DNA of 64,000 nt from Paraspadella gotoi (lineage: Eukaryota > Animalia > Chaetognatha), in assembly GCA_051294375.1 (NCBI GenBank), contig CM119265.1, forward strand, positions 28,916,540 to 28,980,539. The letters run 5' to 3'. Positions 12,365 through 31,167 of the stretch are shown here, one piece after another. Each line of letters opens with the position of its first letter. Position 1 is the first letter of the stretch. Position numbers and translations under genes: made by a program. Below the pieces are notes generated by a model. It ran no database searches and was not told the origin of the DNA. It saw only the letters and a list, made by a program, of their open reading frames with translations.

Positions 12365-15300
12365 TTCTCTCTCTCTCCTCATCATCACTTTTTTTGTTTT
12401 CATTCTAATTATCTATTTTTTTTCCCCATATTTATTTTTTATTTTTAATTGTGATGTAATTTGGTTATAGATTTTTTCTTTTTTTCCCAAAACTTTCTTT
12501 TCCCCCCCAAAATCTCCCACTCACCTGCTGCCCTCCCCGCGGATCGCCGCTGACGGCCGCGCCCCGCACGAGAGCTCCGGAAATCTGATCGTTTGTAAGG
12601 TTGAGACCGGGTAGGCGTGTCTCACCGCCCGCCGCTTCCGCCCACGAGAGGTAAGCGCGGAAGGCGCCGCGAAGACCGAAGTGTCGGCGAGGTTCTCCTC
12701 CAGAGTCTCGTTCTCGTCGAGGGGGGAGAACCCAGACTCTCTGGGGTCAAGAAGGAGGGATTGGAATGTATGTGATTTTAGTGATTGACTCACAATTATT
12801 AACAAGTTTTTAATGATTGACTCACAATTATAACAAGTTTTTTAGTGATTGAATCACTTTTATAAATAAGTTTTTTAGTCATTGGCTCACTTTGTTAACC
12901 AAGTTTTCAAGTGTTTGGTTCTTTTTTATTAACGAGCTTTTAGTATTGGTTCCCCTCATAAACAAGGTTTAGTGATTGATTATTGAACAAGTTGATCACT
13001 CTCAAAATTTTCATTTTTAAATTAAAAATTCTTCCCGTTTTCATCAGCGATTGAATCTCTATTTATCTTCTGCATCACTCGCGACAATAATTTGCTGCTT
13101 TCTTCATGTGTTTTGTGATCCCATCACATTCATGGACTTTGTTTTTGGATATTCCACTCTCCAGTGAGAGTGATTTTTCAATCCGTCAGCCATTGGCTGC
13201 CATATACTTTTCCTATATTTCCCTCAACGACTTCGGGATTCTCCAACCATGTTTTTGCTCACCCAGTGAATTGGCTCACGCGTTTCCTGATTGGCTCACC
13301 TGATAGGCGGCGTATGATTGACAAGGCACTTGAGTCGCGCCGGAGGATTTCCCTCTCGTCCGCGCGTCCGAACCAATCGGGGCGAGCGTCCCGTCGGAGT
13401 CGTAGTTGAGGCCAGTCGATGGCGCGACGCGTGGGCGATTTCGTGGCCCGACCTTTAGAAGGAAAACCGAGCAATCAATCGAATTGAAGCAAATCAATCA
13501 ATCAATCCATCAATCAATCCAATCAAATCAACTTAGAAGAATCATCAAAACGATCAAAATCAAATCCAAATCAAAAATCAACTTTAGAAAGGAACCAAGA
13601 AACACAAATCAGATTGGCAATTCAATTTCAAACAATCAATCAATTCCAAATCAAATCAACTCTAGAAGGACCAAGCAATCAATCAATCAAGCCAATCACT
13701 CAGATCAATTAGAAAGGACCAAGAAATCAATCGATTGATCAACATCAAACATCAATCCAATCAAATCAACTTTAGAAGGCCAAGCATCAATCCAATCAAT
13801 TCAGCAATACCAAAGCAACTTAGAAGGACCAACAACAGTCATCATTGACAATCAAAACATATCCAATCAAATCAACCCCTCACGTCCATCCAAAGCCGAA
13901 ATTGACGGCCATGGGGAATCCCCGATCGAGAATGGTTCTGCATCAAGCGCCCGGGGGACGACCGAATTGCGCTCATTCGTTGAGAGTTGAATCGACGGGG
14001 CTCAGGTCACACTGGTCGGAGAGTAGGGGGGTAGGGTGGTGGGAAAGGAGGGACGGTGGGGTGTGGGGGGGTGTTATTTTACTATTTAAAATCGTAATAT
14101 TTGCGCAATGATTTATTTTCACCCTCCCTCATCCTCTCTCCTCTCTCTTCTATCTCCCCCCTCTCCCTCCCTCACCTTCTGCATCGTTGACCTCGCTCTT
14201 AAACTTTCCTCCGCCGTCCCGCGAAAAATATCTTCTCAAATTGATTGATTTCGAAAAAAGTTTTGTTTGGGTAGAGAGAGAAGAAATCGTAGCGTCGACG
14301 AAGCCGGAGGCGTTGAGGAGGTAATCGGGTGCCAGCGTAAGTCTGGGAGAGAATGTGATAAAAGATGTCATAAAAGATGTGTGGTGATAGAAAACCCGTT
14401 AAACTGTAGGTCTACACCTGAATGCAAATTTAATGTCATTTGACATCCATATACATCAATAAATTTAAAGTTGTGATGATCGTTACTAACACATATAATA
14501 TTATTAATATGTTAGCTTTTTATTATCTTCCGTTAAACAAATAAAATAAATAAATAAAAAAATCCGGCTCAATTGATAGACATCGAGTGTTACCTATAGA
14601 CTTTTTCTCTGGTTGTTTCAACCTGATAAGAAATTCTGACTGATTTATCTGTTTATCTTTTATTATCATTAAAGTAACAAGCAATAATTATAAATTCGGC
14701 AAGCTCTTATCACATTATAAACACAAGAAGAATACTAAACAAAGTAACATCACAACAACAACGCAACAACAACACACAACATCAGGCGTAATTTCAGGGA
14801 AAAAAAAACCGGCTTCCATCGTAATCTGAGAAAGAATAAAAACCTCGCAGGTCGGATGATGAAATTATGGACACAAGAGAAGGACGTTTTCAGGGGTTAT
14901 TTTGAAGGGGGGGCGGGGGGGAATATTAGACATTGGGGTGGGAGGGCGTTAAGGAAGGAAAATTATCATGGGGCGTGCAAGTTAGGGGTAGAGGGTGAAA
15001 AGGGGTAAGGGTGAAAAGGTAAGGGTGAAAGGGTAACGATTTATAAGGTGGTATCTACTTGGGTGTGAAGCTTAAGTTGCCCAAAAGGAATTGATGGTAA
15101 GTTTATTAAAGGTAAGCGAGTTGACGGTGGGTAGTTAAGCAGAAGAGAAGGGTCCACGAGTCTAAGGGGCGTGGTGAAAAAAAAGATTCAAATAATTAAA
15201 CTCTAGAATGGAAAAAATTGAAGAAAAAAAATTTAACACTCCCTTCCCGAAATGTCTCTTTAAAACAAATGGGGAAATGGATTCGTCAAAGGAATCGCGA

Positions 15301-16197
15301 GATGGAATTTCGAATGGAATGAGGGGTGAGAGAAAAAGAAAAAGATAAAGTAAAGAAAAAGGAAAGAAAAGTAAAGAAAGAGAAAAAAAAGAAAAAGGAA
15401 AAAGAAAAAGAAAAGAAAAAAAAAAGAAAAGAAAAAGATAAGAAAAGAAATAATCGCGGAATGTAAGTTTGATGATAGTAAACAGTGTAAAAAAATTAAC
15501 ATCTTAAATTTTAAATTTTGTCATGTCTTGACATTCATTACCAATTAAAATATTTGTGAAATTACTTATGGAAATTAACTTTATTTTCAGATACTTTCAT
15601 CTTTCAAAACAAAAATGAAATTTTTCGTATTAATTCAAGAAATAAACATCAAATAATTTAAAAAAGGAAAAATTAAAAAATTTACGAAAATCGCTCCCAA
15701 ATTAAGCCAAACACAAACTTAAAATGAACGGAATGAATTGAAAAAATATTAATGGCATGATAATAAGAATTCACCCAGTAAAAAAGGGCTGAACGATTAA
15801 AATCTGACGGGCTGGGATCTCGAGGGAGAGAGGAGAAAGGGGGGGAGGAGAGAGGGGAGAAAAGAGAGAGGAGGAGGGAAGAGGGAGAAGGATAGGAGAA
15901 GAGAGAAAGAGGGAAGGGGAAGGAGGAAGAGGAGGAGGAGGGAGAGGAAAAGAGGAAGGAGAGAGAGAGGAGAGAGAGTGCGAGTTAGGAAGNNNNNNNN
16001 NNNNNNNNNNNNNNNNNCGACTACGAGGAATCCAAATTCCTCCAAAGCGACGCAAGATCCTCTCTTCTCGACGGACATTTGACCCTCACGCGATCAGACT
16101 CAGCTCGCCGAAAGGCTTGGGTCCTCATTACAGTCGCCAGTTCATCACGTCGTGTCCTATGTTCGGATTTGAGATTCTATTGAAACTTGGGCGGTAG
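4823..16197 (+). CDS. SMAD6/7: Inhibitory Smad (Smad6/7-like), MH2-domain exons; partial gene
   Basis: Exon 4823-4941 ([29 protein letters not shown]) and exon 5120-5491 ([13 protein letters not shown]...[35 protein letters not shown]) have canonical AG/GT ends and matching phase. A terminal exon after the N-gap (16018-16197) reads, allowing several 1-nt indels, as [33 protein letters not shown], the typical I-Smad C-terminus. MH1 exons were not found. Confidence 0.9.
9532..9645 (+). repeat. Dispersed ~110-bp interspersed repeat family (representative copy)
   Basis: Consensus CTTGTAAGAGTGATGGAGGCCTTAAACCAC...GTCCAAAGTCAAGGGCAAGATAGCTTATTTATTAAATGAATGGATAATTTTTATATTGGTTGTACCAATTTCAT. Copies near 9532, 18456, 20545, 20738, 21070 and 33641 (+) and 37036-37148, 38139-38192 and 39488-39830 (-). 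Confidence 0.85.
9880..10315 (+). repeat. Degenerate CTTCGTCTTTTGTA minisatellite
   Basis: Tandem variants of TTTCGTCTTTTGTACTTCG; explains overlapping low-complexity ORFs at 9794-10647. Confidence 0.8.
12525..14342 (-). CDS. Fragmentary multi-exon gene antisense to the Smad intron; possibly the pro-region of a trypsin-like protease
   Basis: GC-rich exon-like blocks ending in GTGAG donors: 14342-14176 ([18 protein letters not shown]...EVNDAE), 13452-13300 (VGPRNRPRV...CQSYAAYQ) and ~12740-12525 (...[10 protein letters not shown]...[18 protein letters not shown]). CGxRP...R resembles a zymogen activation segment. Downstream sequence is noisy and exon phases are not fully resolved. Confidence 0.45.
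13455..13878 (+). repeat. CAAT-rich minisatellite with recurring TTAGAAGGACCAAG
   Basis: About 6 degenerate units of TTAGAAGG(A)CCAAG-CAATCAATC. Confidence 0.7.
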
Positions 16198-16218
16198 AGA
16201 GAGATGAAGGGGGTAAAG

Positions 16219-16262
<44 letters not shown>

Positions 16263-17225
16263 AGAGAATTGTTCAGACAAAATATGATTAAGGAAAGGGG
16301 TTTTATTTTTTTTTAATTTTGTTTTGTTAATGCATTATTTGATGTTATTTTTATAAGTTTTAAACGATTTTTTTTAATCGCATTTCTAAGACTTATTAAT
16401 GTTCTAAAATTAAGTTAATTATTTATTTTTATCACTTTTTTGATATTTTCTGATTAGGTAATTTTCTCCAGCCCCCTTTTTTCCCTCGCCGAAACTCCAT
16501 GACCAACTTGCATTTATTACATCATTTTTGAAAAAGTTTTATTCATATTTCATCGTATACAGTGCAAAAAATAAGTCAGAAAATGTTGCGCTCATCATTT
16601 TTTTAAAATTTTTGTTTACAAATTCGTTGGGAATAATAAGTTCATTTTATCATCATTTAATTAATTATCATAATTCTCATTTGACAAATATAAAAAAGCC
16701 AGTATAGACTTCTTCATCATCTCTCTCTCCCTCTTTTTCACTTCCGGGGGTCAATGAGTGTCCCCCACCCTTCGACGAGACAAGCCTTTCCTCATGTCCC
16801 ATGTCCCATGTCCCATGTCGGCCCTGTTCGTCTTCGGTCCTTCCTCTGGCCTTTTTCTTGTCCTGACCCCAAAAAATGATCCCAAACCCAAAAAAAACAA
16901 AAACAAAAAATTCACGCGAGGGAGGTCAAAACAAAAACAAAAAACAAACGAACAAAAACAAACAAACAAATAGACCAAAGAAACATACAAAAACACAAAA
17001 CAAACAAAACAAACCAAACAAACAAAACAACAAAACAAACAAAACAACAAAGCAAACAAAACAAACAAAAATAAAAAACAAAACAAAACAAAACAAAAAT
17101 AACAAAACAAACAAAACAACCGTTGGCCTTCTAGTCCTCGCTCTTCTTCCCAGTTATGAAATTATTTTTCGCCTTTGGCTCAAATCCGTTATTTATTTTT
17201 TAAATAAAAAAGTTAAATATATTTT

Positions 17226-17267
<42 letters not shown>

Positions 17268-18094
17268 TCACTCCTTCACTCTCTCTCTCTCTAAATCTGA
17301 TTACACTAGTCTTTTTGTTTTATTTGTTTTTTTAAAACAATATCTTGTACAGTTATTTCGCGTAGAAAAAAAAATAAATATAAAAATATAAAAATCGATT
17401 CAGGTTTTGTTATATTTTTTTTAAATTCTGTTTAATTAATTATAAAGCGTCTAATGTTAATTTTTTATTTTACTTGTCCAGTTTAACTGAATTTAACATT
17501 TAAATTCATTCTCGTACTTTATCTTTTAAAATAAAATTATCTTTTCGCGTCAAGATTAGATTTTCATGACTTTTGTTTTAAAGATGGCGCTCGTTCGTAT
17601 GGGTCATTAAATGATTTAAAAATACAAAATTCTTGTACGGATATTTTTTATGATTATTATTATTATTAATATTATTATTTTATCGTCAGTACAACCACAT
17701 TTTTTTGCGGAAATTTATCATGTCATTTTGTTTTTATTTTCTTTGCGTCTCGTCATATTTGCTTCCGTCTTGTTACGAAAAAAAAAATCGTGCCAGTCAA
17801 ATTTAAACAAAATATCATCGTTTTAACTAAACTAAAGAATTGATAAAAGTTTAGCTAAGTTTTACTTAGGCTGGCGCCATTTTAACTTACAAAGTTGGGA
17901 TTTTCGCTACGACATGAAAGTCATGAATAAAATTAATATTGAAAAATAAAACCAAATTTAAAAACATTCTTTAATTCAATGTACATCAACAAATGATGAA
18001 TTAGAAAACAATAAAAAAAAGTTAGAAAGCTCGTAGTAAAAAAGTAATTATACTATTTTGTACTATACGAAATGATAAGGTTCTAGTATATAAG

Positions 18095-24267
<6,173 letters not shown>

Positions 24268-25165
24268 ATCTTTATTCATTTCGTTTTTGTTTGTTTATTT
24301 TCATTACTTTATTTCAGAATTTTTACTGTTCATTTATTTTCTATTTATGGTTTGGTTTTCAAATCCGACATGAGAAAAAAATCAAACTTTATATTACAAA
24401 ACGATTGTTATTTAATATCGAGTGTGAAAAGTCAAAACTTGAAAAAAATCATCGATCGATAAAAATTCATGTTTTTTACTTCGTTTTTTTTTTCAATATT
24501 TTAATTGATAGTAGGAGGATGCCTCATTCGTCGTCGTTGTCGTCGTCGTTCGTCGGCGTCGTCGTAAAAAAACTCGTGAATTCGATTTTCACCTCAAAAT
24601 TCACGAATTTTTTTTTCTGTGAAAAATCGAACATAAAATTTAACGAATCAAGTTTAACCCTAGAATTTCATTCACTACTGGAGTTTTAAGAGTTTGGAGC
24701 CAATGATCTTTTTAGGTTTTTATTTTTTAAAAACGCCCCGTTTTAGCTTAAATTCAGAACTTTTTAGTTTGCATAAAGGGTTAGGTATTAGTGTTTAGAG
24801 TGAGATAAGGGTTGGCGATTAGGTATGATTAATTAATTTGAGTAATTGGATAAAAGATAAAAGATTAAGGTTGAAATCAAGACAATGGATAACAAACAAA
24901 AATCTGGCGCTTTCGGATAATAGGGGTTTTTTTCATGGAAAAGCGAAGTGAGAAAATATTTTTATCGCTAGAAATGAAAATGATTTATTTTCGTTATCTT
25001 TAATAAATTCAAATAAAAGGATTGAAATACAGGCGGTGTACTTATTAAACGTATTTTAAATAATTACTAAGAAGGCAAGGGAGGTAAACAAAAGGGAAAA
25101 TGCAAACAGTTTGAGAGAGACAGAGGGAGGAAAAAAGAATACGAGAGAGAGAGAGAGAGAGAGGA

Positions 25166-25209
<44 letters not shown>

Positions 25210-25602
25210 CGTTGTTAACTAACTCTATGTGAGGGACTTTATTCTTCCTAGTCGCTTTTCGCCATTGATCTAATTTGTAATTTAATTATATTATTTGTAT
25301 ATAGCTCTCTCGTTGCAATATTGTTCATTGATTTAAGAGGCGCGCCTCAAAGTTTGAGAGACAAGCGCCGATAGAATTCAACAACCCGCATTAAGGGAAG
25401 TTTTTTTCGTATCTAAATGTGGGTAAAGAGAAAATTTTTCGTAAAAAATTGATAATTTGAGAAGCATAATTGATAAAAAAAAAAGAGAATACAATTCTTT
25501 GCATCTATGAATAATTATATTTAAAGATCCTAGAATAACTTTTTCTTGGCTTTTGATTGGTCAAAAATTATTATACTTTTATCCTGATTGGATTAAATAA
25601 AA

Positions 25603-28600
25603 ATGGACGACGGAAAACTTGGAGTCTCCTTTTCTGGGCAGAAAGGTAAAATTTCTAACGCATTTTTATTTTTGTTGGACAGAATCATTTCTGAGTGCAA
25701 TTACCATGATGGAAAAGAAATTGTCGCGGTTTGGAAAAGTCGGTTAATTTCATTATCAAATATATTTTTTGGCCGAAAAATAGGTTTTAATATTTAATAT
25801 GACCTCCTTAGGAATGAATAAAAATATTATTTTTCAACAGCATAAATTTATTTAATGCATTCAAATACTACTAAAAGAGGTTGTCTACAACTGTTTTCAC
25901 CTCTTTTTGATCAAGAGGCCTATTGATATTATTATTAATATTTTATCTCTGACATAATATTTTTTATAAGATTTAGGGCATCGTTATTTCCTTTCGTTTC
26001 GTTGTGTTTGGATGATAGAAAACGTTTTTTGATTGATCAAACAACGATTTTTATTAATATGAGACAGACATGTTTCGGCTTTAGTTTTTACAAGCCTTCT
26101 TCGGCGTCAGAGATAATTAGATTTAGGGCAAAAAATGGTCCTTGGCAATCAGTGAAAAAAATGATAAAGTAAACCAGGCTTGAGTTGTTGCTGCATAATG
26201 TGATGATGCACTGTCTTTCATTTCAATAAAATCTTGATTTTTTGTTTTGACTTGTTTGATAATTGGTTATGATAATACATCAAGAGGTAAATAAAATCGA
26301 TAATTTTGCTCATAAAAAAGTTTTCCGGAGCCTTAAAACTTTTATTGAAGCAAAAATACTCGAAAATCATGTCACCAATTGCTTCATCAGCGTTTAATTG
26401 CAAGATAATTGCTGATATTTATTTCTTGTTTTTCTATTTCAAAGCCAAATCATTCGTGGATCCTTCATCTCGTACATCGACAAATCCACAACGACCCAGA
26501 TTTCTCAGTCACAATCGGTCCCTTCCTTCACCGACTTTGCCTCTGGTTTATTGGGACAAGAGTGAAAAACATCCCTCGGTTTATTCGAACGAAAGCAAAG
26601 AATATGGGGACAAATCTGGGAATTTTCGTGACACCAATGAGAGTTTGTTCGACAAATATGAAAGTTCTCGTGAAAATAGTTCAACTTATTGGGAGAAAAG
26701 TAATAGTTTGAGTGAAACTAGTGAAAGCGGAAATCTACAAGTGGAAGTCGCTCGGGAAAGTCATAAGGATGATGAAAATTCACTTCCCAACATCGAAGAC
26801 AAAAGAGAAACTTTATCCTCGCAGAGCAATGAAAATTCTGTATCCGAGTCAATGAATAAATCGCTGTTCTTGAATCTGGGTAAGCTGTGGATTCACTGAT
26901 GAATCTGGGTAAGCTGTGGATTCACTGATGAATCTGGGTAAGCAATGAATTCACTGATGAATCTGGGTAAGCTGTGGCTTCACTGATGAATCTGGAAAAG
27001 CTGTGGATTCACTAATGAATCTGGGTAAAGTTGAGGGGATCTCATCATTGAAATACTTGTTTACCATAGTGCATTTTTTTAATTTTTAACAATGTGTTAA
27101 TTTATAAGTCCTCGCAAGTTTTTGATAGTTTGATGCAAAGACCGTTATTCTTTATTTTAAAGTTTCGCGGGCAAAAAGCATAAAGAAGAAAAACGAGCGA
27201 AGAATCGTTCTTTCTGGAATAATCTTTGCTGTTTTTACAATTTTGATCGACACAATCTCTGACTTCCTTCTTGCCTTCAGGTTCGGTTGCGGAAATGATT
27301 CAACACGTGTTAGGTCTATAGATCTAATTTAATATTTTATGTCTTCTCTTATTTATACAACTAGCAATTGGATAATGAGAATATCCAATAGAAATATGAT
27401 ATTTCTTTCAAGTATTAAAATATACATATATAAATTCAAAGTGAGGAATCGCTAAAACATTTCAATTTTAGAGCAATCAAAGGGGAACAGAATTCGCTGG
27501 AACTTTCCGATGGAACTCTGGTTCTTCTGCAGACTAATTTTACGGCGCAATGGGTCATTCTTGGTCTTGCCATTGGGGGAGCTATAATTGGGGCAGCAAT
27601 GATTATTTACTTTCTCATTTCATTTAAAGTAAGCAATGGTAGGGATAATAAGGCGGAACAGGTTACAACTAACAGAAGTCCGGTATAAATATTGTAAATG
27701 TGTTTATTAAAAATCGTGAAAATAAAAAAAAAATTATCTTATAGTTAAACGCATGGAAGCCATTTTATATTATTCAAATACTATATAATATCAAAAAAAT
27801 ATTTTAATAAATTTTACTTTTTTTAATGGATTCTAATAGAGCTTGAAAAAAATTTAAGCATTTCTTATATATTGTTAAATATTAAAATGCTTCCATGCAT
27901 GAGGAAAATTCAATCAAAATCTAACATCATAATTCAATTTGGTTGTAAAAGGACGAAATACTTTTATTGCAGATTTTTTCATATTGTAATAAAATGTTAA
28001 ATTTTGGCCCGCCTTAATCGGAAATCAAGGAAAACTCATTTAACCAGTTTTTAATCTTTTTCATGACACCTTTTTTTCCAGCGCTTCCTCGCTCTCTCTC
28101 CATCTGACTCTCACCCTGACTTCTCAAACGCCCTCACGGACTTCACTGAGAAAAAATCCCTCTTTGCTCTCATCGAAGTGACAGTCGAGGATCTGCCGCA
28201 GATTATCATCAACGATCGCTTCATTACCTCCTGCTCCTTCATCAAGAGTCTCACCTCCGTGGAATATCTCAAGATTTGCTGCGCTGTTCTCAACTCGTCC
28301 GTGCTGATCCTTCAAGCCATCGTCGACGCGATCATCAAGATGCGCTTGGAAAAGAAGAGTTTTTGTTCCAAAGTTATCGCCGTTTCTTTGGATGGACTCA
28401 AGGTCAGAAAGTAAGCTCAAGTTTTACGCGTTATTTTTAATTTTCTCGTATTTTACATCACCCTATTATTCAGATTTGCATCGCCTGTTTGTCAATTTAT
28501 TTTGTACTTCAATGGAGCAGATATGAAACGCCTGCCATTGTACTATCTGCTACTGGACAAGACTTTGGGGGCAATAAAGGCATTGAGGTATGTTTTTTCG

Positions 28601-31084
28601 GTGTAAATTTGAATCCATTACATAAATAAGAAGAATATTATAGAAGTAAGACTCTAAATTTCACTGCAGTTATGAATTCATTGAAAATAGTACCAGGTAT
28701 TACAGATTATAAGAACGAGCTTTGTTTAAACACTTTTTTTTTAATAAATAGGTGTACAGAGACAAGTCTTTAATGAAATTGACGGATGCAGTGGTTTTTT
28801 TTGGAAACAGTAACACAACTAAACGGTTTGATATTTGTTGCAATGATCCTCTGCTAAAAGGAATTCGATTTCCAAGAGACATTGTTGATGAAAAGGAATG
28901 CAAGGTGGCAAGGTATGTGCAAAAATTATGAAAAATAAAAATCTTGTAATACAGTGATACTGATACTGTGATCTTGTGATACTAATAGTCACTAAATTTT
29001 AGTGAAAACCTTGTCAAGGATGAAAATATATAATTTTAGGTAAATATATCTAAAATTATTTTTTCACAGAATACTCCAAACAAATTAAAACATAATCAAA
29101 TCACCAGACGTATATAGAAATTCAGTTACTACATTTAAATGATATTGTGCCACCTTCTTTCAGCATCTTTCTTCATGCCATCTTTATCTCATCTCTGCGA
29201 AGTCGAGAAGCAACTCGTGTTGAGTTTATTTACGATGTTAACTTCCTCTTTGTGGACTCAAATGGGTTCATAAGGTGGACGCCACACAAAGATCATACTC
29301 TCCCATTTAAGCTGAAAATCTCTGGTATCAAAGAGGACGGATGCCGGCCAGATATTCAAAGGCAAAAGTTGAAAGGAGCGAAGGAGAAAAGAGTTGTGAC
29401 AATGGATACACTTCTGAACGGAGACAAGGCTGAGAGGTTGGTAGCTTGTCAGCGTCGGACTCTCTGAAAATTAAGATAGAGAATTTATTTACATGACATA
29501 TATAATATTTAATGATGTTGTTCTTTACATGCTGAATTTACGATTTAATTTTACAGATCCAGAACCAAGCCCCTCGTTCGTCAGGCCCTTTCATCTTTGA
29601 CAAAGGGATGTGGTGTTGTTACTAATCTTCGCTTGAAGCTGGAGTCAAATCAAACAGCAATTGCTTCATCAACGGCTTTGTCGCCCTCTGAACTTGGTGC
29701 CAATCGTCAAATGACAATCATAGGTGGGAATGTAGCAGTTAAGGGTTTTACTCTTTGATATATTATTTCTAGAAATATTTATGGATAGACACTATACTTT
29801 GATCATGATTTTTAATTAGCATAATTGATTAAAATTGCTTTAAAGGCGGAACCCTCGGTGTTGGAACATTCTTTCCTCAAGGAATAACCGCCTGCATCGT
29901 TTTTAATGCCATTGGTCGAAAGCCTGCTTATCTAGACATATTTGGACATTTAACTGCCCTGCATTTTGGCGCTGCTATCGTCAGCTGGGGCAGTGCTAAT
30001 GATTTAAGTTTCTGGAGTGGCGATGTTTATTATACAAGGCTTGAAAAGAAGCTATTTTGTCTGAATCCAGCAAGGCAGTCCGTGTTCTTTTCCAGAAATC
30101 CAAATGACACCTGGAAGATTTTAAATCATTTAGTAGTGGACTCAGTTGCGGTTAGAGCCATGCCAGGTATTAACTTTTGACAAAAATTAAAATATGTAAA
30201 AAGTATTTATCAATTTTCATGTTCTTTGATGTAGTAAAATTATAAGTAGTATCAGTAAATTACGTCTTTAATCATACTATTTTTTTCAAAATTGTAATTA
30301 CCTCACTTTTTAACCTGGTTTATTGAATCCAAGGTCTCTTCAAATTTGCAAAGCGCTCCATTTTAAAAAGTCCAGACTCCTGGAATCAACTTAATGCTCT
30401 CGTCTTTGGCAATGATGACAATGATGAACTTTATGCATCACATCTTTCTGACAAACCCTTCACTATCATCGATGCTTTCTACATTTGGAATCGGGTTCTG
30501 ACAAGAAAAGAACTGGAGAAACTCTCTTCTGCAGAAAATCTGGCAGTTGAGGTCGAGGCGACAAAGCCAGAATACGATTTGGTTGATTTGGTGCTAGATT
30601 CAAGTTGGACAAAAAATACAGCTAAGGTCTTAAACTAATGTTTTTTTTTTCTTTTCCATTGTTTTTAGTCCAAAGTTAAGTTTTTTCTTTCTCAAATTTG
30701 AAGGTGGAATTCTTTGTTGGATCAGCATCTTCATCTAAAATCCCAACTCAGTTTGGCCGATTTGTTAAAGAGTTTAGGGATCGAATTCCAACTCTCCTCA
30801 TTTTCTATGGAGATGGAATTATTGAAATCGACCGAATGTTGGATCTGAAGTCAAAGGCAACGATTTGCATTGAGTTTAGGCCGCGGGAAAAAGATAAGAT
30901 GATTATTGCCTCCATGCGTGTGCAGACCGAAAGATCTGAAGATGACGAAGTCATTCTAATGACAGAAAATGACATCCTGAATATCTATAAAGGGATGGGG
31001 CTCTAAATCAGTTTTTGATATATTCACAATATAATAATTATAAAACTTCAATTATTAACTCATAAGGTCATTCAAATTTGTTAA

Positions 31085-31167
<83 letters not shown>

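Noticed and set aside
16018-16197. Frameshifts suggesting a Smad pseudogene
   Set aside because: Scattered 1-nt indels next to an N-gap in otherwise conserved coding sequence look like uncorrected long-read errors.
3626-17391. Many Lys/Arg/Glu- or Ser/Leu/Phe-rich ORFs (e.g. 3626-4014, 5864-6199, 6864-7307, 16751-17391)
   Set aside because: Translations of (GA)n, (CT)n, (AAAC)n and A/T-rich tracts.
26871-27030. CRISPR-like or hammerhead-like array (CTGATGA in a 29-bp repeat)
   Set aside because: Head-to-tail repeats have no unique spacers, there is no GAAA core after the stem, there are no cas genes, and the context is a eukaryotic intron.
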